A DNA stretch of 64,000 nucleotides from a virus. The stretch is from positions 1 through 64,000 of IMG/VR virus record IMGVR_UViG_3300035670_000137; one strand, 5' to 3'. Within the stretch, counting starts at the first letter, position 1. The number at the start of each line of letters is the position of its first letter. Below the pieces are notes generated by a model. That model had not been told where the DNA came from, did not search any database, and was given only the letters and a program-made list of their open reading frames with translations. A program made the translations under genes and the position numbers. Shown here in pieces: positions 59,280 to 64,000 of this stretch.

Positions 59280-60642
59280 ATGACTACAATGTACTTTGGA
59301 CATATTTCGGAAGACGTGCTGGAAATGAGTGATGGCTCCTGGGAACCGTTCTACGATAACTACGGCAATGCCTACGAGTTTCAACTTACCATTGAGGAAG
59401 ATCAAATTACTTTGACTGATTCTATTGGACGCCATGTACCAATCGGGCTGGACGCCGTAGCGTCGATGTCAAGGGCTGTAAAACAAGCTAAGAAAGTGGC
59501 TAAGGCATACACCAAGCTGCAAGATATGCAAGATACGGAAGTTATGTTCTTCCTATGATATTTTTTGAATCTAATGTAAATCCACTAAAAGAACTGATTG
59601 GGTCTATACCATCAGACGGAATAGTTATTGCTAAAGAATCTTTAGATAAGATAGCACTATTCTTCAGTTCTGGGGGTATTAGATTCGAGAGTTATGGAGA
59701 AGTACTACACGCACTACACGCATTTTGTGATTGGTATAACCTAACAACACTAGAACCATACAACGATACTCTAATCTTAAAAAGGATAGACAATGGCCAC
59801 CAAATCTCGTAGCAAGCATCAAGAAGGTCTTTACAAGGCTTATCAAGCACAGAATCGCCAAGCAGCTAATCGCAAGCGTAAGCTTACCAAGCTGGCAAAG
59901 CAGTTCCCAAACAATGAGCAAATTACTCTAGCTCTGAAGAATATTTCTTACCGCCGTGGAACCCCTAAGACTTCTATGTGGTCACATACTAGCAAAGCAT
60001 GGGCCCAGATGAAAAAGGAGTTCAGTAAGCCTGGTCATGGTTCTCAGCGTAAGGTCTCCGAGAAGGAGATGTTCAAGCTGCGTGCGCGAGCGCACGACGC
60101 TGAGGGGAATCTGATTTGGAATTCCTAAGCGCATACGCATTCTTCGCCCTAACAACCTCAATTGCCTCACTTATTATCCTAGTAGGTCCGGTAATTGAGG
60201 AATTAAAATCAGTTAAACCAGATAGTCCAATACTAGATAGTCCGTTTATAACATATACTACTTTTATGGTACTATCTCTGTTAATTGCTCCAATTATTTT
60301 TATTGCCTGTATCTTTCCCTCATCTAACGAAAAGTTTAAAATCGGACTGCTAAATAGCCTAAAGGATTAAATATGCCCATTCTGACATTCACCTATACTA
60401 AGGATACTGGAGAGGTTAGTAACCGAACCCTATTCGCTTTGGAACAGCCTGGCGCAAAATACTTCGGTATTGATATGTCAGAACTAGATCTTGAGGATCA
60501 AGTAGCATTCTCAGTAGATATGGATAAGATTGAAGAAGAAAAGCAGCAAAAGATTAAAGATCTGATGGCTCAGTATGATATTAAACATAGTTTTCGTACA
60601 TTCCTGCCATCAAAAATGTCAGACGTTACTATTGAAGATTAA
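59280..60642 (+). other. Operon of five small hypothetical genes (59280-59558, 59555-59812, 59793-60128, 60116-60370 membrane, 60373-60642)
   Basis: Abutting/overlapping ORFs after promoter 59191. Confidence 0.6.
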
Positions 60643-60650
60643 GTGATTAA

Positions 60651-61037
60651 ATGAATAGTAAGGATAAGGGTAATGTAGGTATTAGTGCAGCTATATTCTA
60701 TTTTACAAAATTAGGATACACGGTATCTATACCTCTTACAGATAGCCAGAGTTACGATATAATAGTTGATATAGACAGTGTACTGTATAAAGTACAGGTA
60801 AAGTATACTTCTATCAAAGCTACTTCTGGAAGTTATGTACTATCTCTAAGATCAATATCAGGAACTACTAAAAAATCTTATGCAACTATAAAAGATCTAG
60901 ATATTGATTATGTATTTGTATATACAGCTGCAGGGGATCAGGTATTAATTCCAATAACTGAAATAACTAATACTTCTTCCCTTACATTAACCAGAGATAT
61001 TATTAAAAAATATAGTGGGTTGGATGAGCTGGCTTAA
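60651..61037 (+). CDS. Free-standing PD-(D/E)XK homing endonuclease (I-Ssp6803I-like)
   Basis: KG..G...GY.VSIP...YDIIVD...KVQVK. Confidence 0.8.
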   Translation: MNSKDKGNVGISAAIFYFTKLGYTVSIPLTDSQSYDIIVDIDSVLYKVQVKYTSIKATSGSYVLSLRSISGTTKKSYATIKDLDIDYVFVYTAAGDQVLIPITEITNTSSLTLTRDIIKKYSGLDELA

Positions 61038-61109
61038 ATCGGCGTCCTGCTAAGACGTTGGCTATGGTGAACCCATGGTCCGAGAGTTCGAATCTCTCAC
61101 CCACTGCCA
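61014..61109 (+). tRNA. tRNA-Ser(GCT)
   Basis: Cloverleaf, long variable arm, CCA. Confidence 0.92.
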
Positions 61110-61160
61110 ACTAACATAAGGAGAATATCATGCGATTGTAGATAATTACAGGAGCATAAT

Positions 61161-61508
61161 ATGTCTAGAACTTATAGAAATCACACTTTCTCACATTGGT
61201 TCAACCCTTTGGAGAAGTTAGTAGATGGGTGGGAACCCGGCAATGATATTTGCTATGTTTGGGGTAGTACTGTCCGTTCGTGGAAAAAGATCGACCCTAA
61301 ATCGGAGCAAGGTCGTAAAATCCTAGCGAAAGCTAAAAGAGATAAGACCGTTCGTTTTAAGGAACCAGGTCCTGCATGGTTTCGTAACCTTTTTGAAGAG
61401 CGTCCTTTGCGTCGTTCTTCAAAGCGTGAGCTGCAGAAGTTTATGGCTGATGAGGACTACGAACCAATCATTGACGCAAGGCAGCGTAAGCGTGTCTATT
61501 GGACCTAG
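61161..61508 (+). CDS. Basic hypothetical protein (MSRTYR...)
   Basis: AGGAG SD, ORF track. Confidence 0.6.
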   Translation: MSRTYRNHTFSHWFNPLEKLVDGWEPGNDICYVWGSTVRSWKKIDPKSEQGRKILAKAKRDKTVRFKEPGPAWFRNLFEERPLRRSSKRELQKFMADEDYEPIIDARQRKRVYWT

Positions 61509-61639
61509 TATGGGAACGACTACACTACATAACCGAAAAGAAGCTGAAGTGTCCGGAACTTGCAGTGGAAGGCGTAGGAAGATAGGGTCGGCGTTGGTTC
61601 AATCCCATTCCCATACTTTGGCCTACCATATTCGTTGAT

Positions 61640-61937
61640 GGCAAAGTAAAAGTATTCAAGACGGGAGGGGCAGTGCCTCCCCTGGTCCACCAATAAGTAG
61701 CTATAAGAGTGACACAGTAGGGTATTAGCAGACGTCCTAGTACCTCTGGAGTAATCATAAACTTAGCTACTTATTAATGGGCCAGTAATAGATTCGATTG
61801 GGTATGAATAGCAATGCTGGAGAATCGTCAAGAAAGACGTAAAAATCACAATAATAAATGCAAACGATTCTACGTTCGCTCTAGCCGCTTGAGCTAGATA
61901 AGGTTTCGGGACTGTCCCTTATTACCAATACAGTCCC
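61640..61937 (+). ncRNA. ssrA: Circularly permuted (two-piece) tmRNA; tag ANDSTFALAA
   Basis: Acceptor piece ends CTGGTCCACCA (61692) upstream of the GGGCCAG start (61779); G3:U70; tag 61860-61892; 5' limit approximate. Confidence 0.88.
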
Positions 61938-62231
61938 ATTTTATAAGTACACTATGTAGGCGAGGGTCCGGTTCCCATAAGCACTCTATCGCTAGTATTT
62001 ATCGAGAATACTATACGAGTTTAGTGTACTTTTAAAATTTAAATGGAGTAGTTATGGACGATAAACTTATAGAAAAGTATGTGGAGGATGAGACTAAAAT
62101 AGCTACTATAAACGGTCTACTAATGGCGCAAGCCATATGCTCCAGAAAGTTGCAAGATGTATATAGTAGAGATATTCTTGATATTATGAGAGTAATAGCT
62201 CTATCTATAGAAGATATAAAGAATAAATAAC

Positions 62232-62307
62232 GCTACTTTAGCTCAGTTGGTAGAGCACCGCACTTGTAATGCGGGGGTCGTCAGTTCGAATCCGACAAGT
62301 AGCACCA
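62232..62307 (+). tRNA. tRNA-Thr(TGT)
   Basis: Cloverleaf, CCA. Confidence 0.93.
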
Positions 62308-62308
62308 T

Positions 62309-62384
62309 ATCCCATGAAGTGTAATGAATTTGCACGCAACGCTACGGACGTTGAAGAACGGTTTGATTCCGGCATGGGGTGCCA
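62309..62384 (+). tRNA. Atypical tRNA-Arg(ACG)
   Basis: 8-bp acceptor, weak T stem, no D-loop GG, CCA. Confidence 0.7.
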
Positions 62385-62389
62385 AATAT

Positions 62390-62463
62390 GGGGGTAAAGC
62401 TTTAAGGTGAAGCAACTGGCTTTTAACCAGTAGAACAGGGGTCACTACCCTGTACCCCTACCA
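62390..62463 (+). tRNA. tRNA-Lys(TTT), atypical T loop
   Basis: Cloverleaf, GTCACTA T loop, CCA. Confidence 0.82.
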
Positions 62464-62592
62464 TTTAAGGAATTATACGGGTAAGACGTCTTATCGGTAT
62501 AATTTGAGCCGGGGAAGTGGAATCTAGTAGTGACCGGCACTAGATCTATTGGATAAATAGTACATGAAAGAATTCCACCCTAAATTAACAAT

Positions 62593-62668
62593 GCGTGCTT
62601 AGCTCAGCTGGTAGAGCGGAACGTTGCCAACGTTCAGGTCGCAGGTTCGAACCCTGTAGCCCGCGCCA
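62593..62668 (+). tRNA. tRNA-Gly(GCC)
   Basis: Cloverleaf, CCA; G73. Confidence 0.9.
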
Positions 62669-62682
62669 AACACATACAAAAT

Positions 62683-62789
62683 TATACGCTGCACTTATAA
62701 GAGATACTTCATAAGTTCGACTCTTATATCCGGGGCCACTATCCCGGATACGCCGTTGGTGGCATACTCTTATTACCTTTTCTCGTATA
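62683..62789 (+). ncRNA. yrlA: YrlA-type Y RNA (permuted tRNA-like domain)
   Basis: Same module as RNAs upstream of Ro60, enclosing T arm, closed acceptor hairpin and D arm in that order. Confidence 0.8.
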
Positions 62790-62799
62790 TACCAAAATT

Positions 62800-63138
62800 A
62801 TGAAACTATATATCGCCGTATTAGATGAAGTACCAGACCATATGGTTCCTACACTAGTAGCTCACACTGTATTAGGTGCAAATGAAGCCTTTAGATTTTA
62901 TCCTGCGTATCAGGAATGGTTAAATACGTCTTTTAAGAAAGTAGTACTAAGAGTTAATCGTAAAGAGTTTCAAAAGATAACGGAACTTGGTGGAGATAAA
63001 GTATATTTAGGGTATGAAAATACTACTCTAAATGCTATATACTCTTGTGCTATAGTACTACCAGGTACTCAGGCCAACGTACTTAAATTTGCCAAAATGT
63101 GGAAACCTAAGTATGAAGACAATTTTCCTAGATATTGA
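62800..63138 (+). CDS. Peptidyl-tRNA hydrolase (Pth2-like)
   Basis: KLYIAV...VAH...W....FKKVVLRV. Confidence 0.65.
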   Translation: MKLYIAVLDEVPDHMVPTLVAHTVLGANEAFRFYPAYQEWLNTSFKKVVLRVNRKEFQKITELGGDKVYLGYENTTLNAIYSCAIVLPGTQANVLKFAKMWKPKYEDNFPRY

Positions 63139-63583
63139 CGGCGTACTAAACAATACAGCTACTTACATATATAATAGACAACAAAGCCCTAGTAAAAAGT
63201 ATATAGGGTACAGCCATAGACATATGGATGAAGTAGACCCTAGGTTGCTAGGGTTAGTGCGATACATAGTAGATGAAACAGGCGCTAAGATAGTAATATC
63301 TTCTAGTTGGAGAATAATCCATACGCAGAATGAAATTGCACAAGTGTTTGCATATAATGGGTGGCTAGACGCTCCTATTATAGATATGACTCCTAAGTCT
63401 ATGGACGCTTTTAGAGGAAATGAGATAAAGGCTTGGTTAGATAGCGATGAGTACACTACTAAATACGCTATTTTAGATGACGGAACAGACTTTTATGAGC
63501 ATCAGCCCCTATTCCGTACAGATGCTACAGTAGGACTTACTTTTATAATAGCTCAGAAAGTAATAGAATTTCTCAATAATTAA
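63113..63583 (+). CDS. HAD phosphatase (RNA-repair 'Swiss army knife' type)
   Basis: FLDIDGVLN, IVISSSWR, RG.EI..WL, ILDD. Confidence 0.85.
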   Translation: MKTIFLDIDGVLNNTATYIYNRQQSPSKKYIGYSHRHMDEVDPRLLGLVRYIVDETGAKIVISSSWRIIHTQNEIAQVFAYNGWLDAPIIDMTPKSMDAFRGNEIKAWLDSDEYTTKYAILDDGTDFYEHQPLFRTDATVGLTFIIAQKVIEFLNN

Positions 63584-63584
63584 T

Positions 63585-63659
63585 GGTGCTTATAGTGTAA
63601 TGAGAGCATTTGTCTCTGTGAAAGACAAGGACTGAGATTGAAACTCAGTAGGCACCCCA
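63585..63659 (+). tRNA. tRNA-His(GTG)
   Basis: G-1:C73, CCA. Confidence 0.88.
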
Positions 63660-63714
63660 ATAGCTCAAAAAATTCTGTATTGAAAAATTTTTGCAAAAGG
63701 CGTATAATTTAAAA

Positions 63715-63984
63715 ATGGCAAATGAGAACAATCCACGAAAGTTTAAAGTTTGGGATACAGCAGCACTCAATACTGCCATGTATAATGCAGCAGAAATTAA
63801 ACATAAGCTAGAGGAAGTATGTAATAAAGCAGGACTTCCATTAGATGAAATTAAGCCGACCCTAATATCTTCAGAATTGCTTTATCTCTTAGCAGAATCT
63901 TATTTAGAAGCATATGACGCATTACTTAGGGAAAACCTAATTCATACTACTAGCCCACATAAAACAAAACCCACAATTCATTAA
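63715..63984 (+). CDS. Hypothetical protein
   Basis: Follows promoter 63680. Confidence 0.55.
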   Translation: MANENNPRKFKVWDTAALNTAMYNAAEIKHKLEEVCNKAGLPLDEIKPTLISSELLYLLAESYLEAYDALLRENLIHTTSPHKTKPTIH

Positions 63985-64000
63985 GGAAAATAAATGGCCT

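Noticed and set aside
61945-62035. Twister-like CCGGTTCCCATAAGC within a stem-closed element
   Set aside because: Could not build the twister pseudoknots or cleavage-site context; remains an unassigned hairpin RNA

Overview
64 kb of a T5-like (Demerecviridae-like) lytic siphophage genome. A proteobacterial, possibly betaproteobacterial, host is inferred from the sigma54/IHF/SlmA-type sites, the tmRNA tag and a LapA-type motif. 1-32.2 kb (minus strand) is the late module: tail fibres and adhesin; a lambda-type M-L-K-I-J tail tip whose J carries an N-terminal Hint domain; tape measure; frameshifted tail chaperones; tail tube; head/tail completion proteins; a protease-capsid fusion; portal; nicking HNH; TerL/TerS with a TPR-glycosyltransferase between them; several homing endonucleases. 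About 32.3-41 kb resembles the T5 pre-early (first-step-transfer) region, with dmp, three A2-like genes and D2/D3-like genes but no A1-sized ORF. Its intergenic spacers are built from repeated host-factor-like boxes (sigma54 -24/-12, inverted IHF pairs at a fixed 14 bp spacing, LysR-type, SlmA-type). 41-64 kb (plus strand) is an early RNA-rich island: 27 tRNA genes covering all 20 amino acids (several non-canonical, one with a group I intron encoding an HNH), a permuted tmRNA, ArfA-like and Pth2-like genes, Ro60 with four Y-RNA-like genes, a hammerhead-like ribozyme and several kb of unexplained structured non-coding RNA. Best candidates for new biology: the Ro60/multi-Y-RNA module, the pre-early host-factor-box cassettes, a covarying RBS-occluding RNA leader on two GIY-YIG genes, and the 49-50.5 kb ncRNA operon. 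All calls are by eye; no database searches were run.
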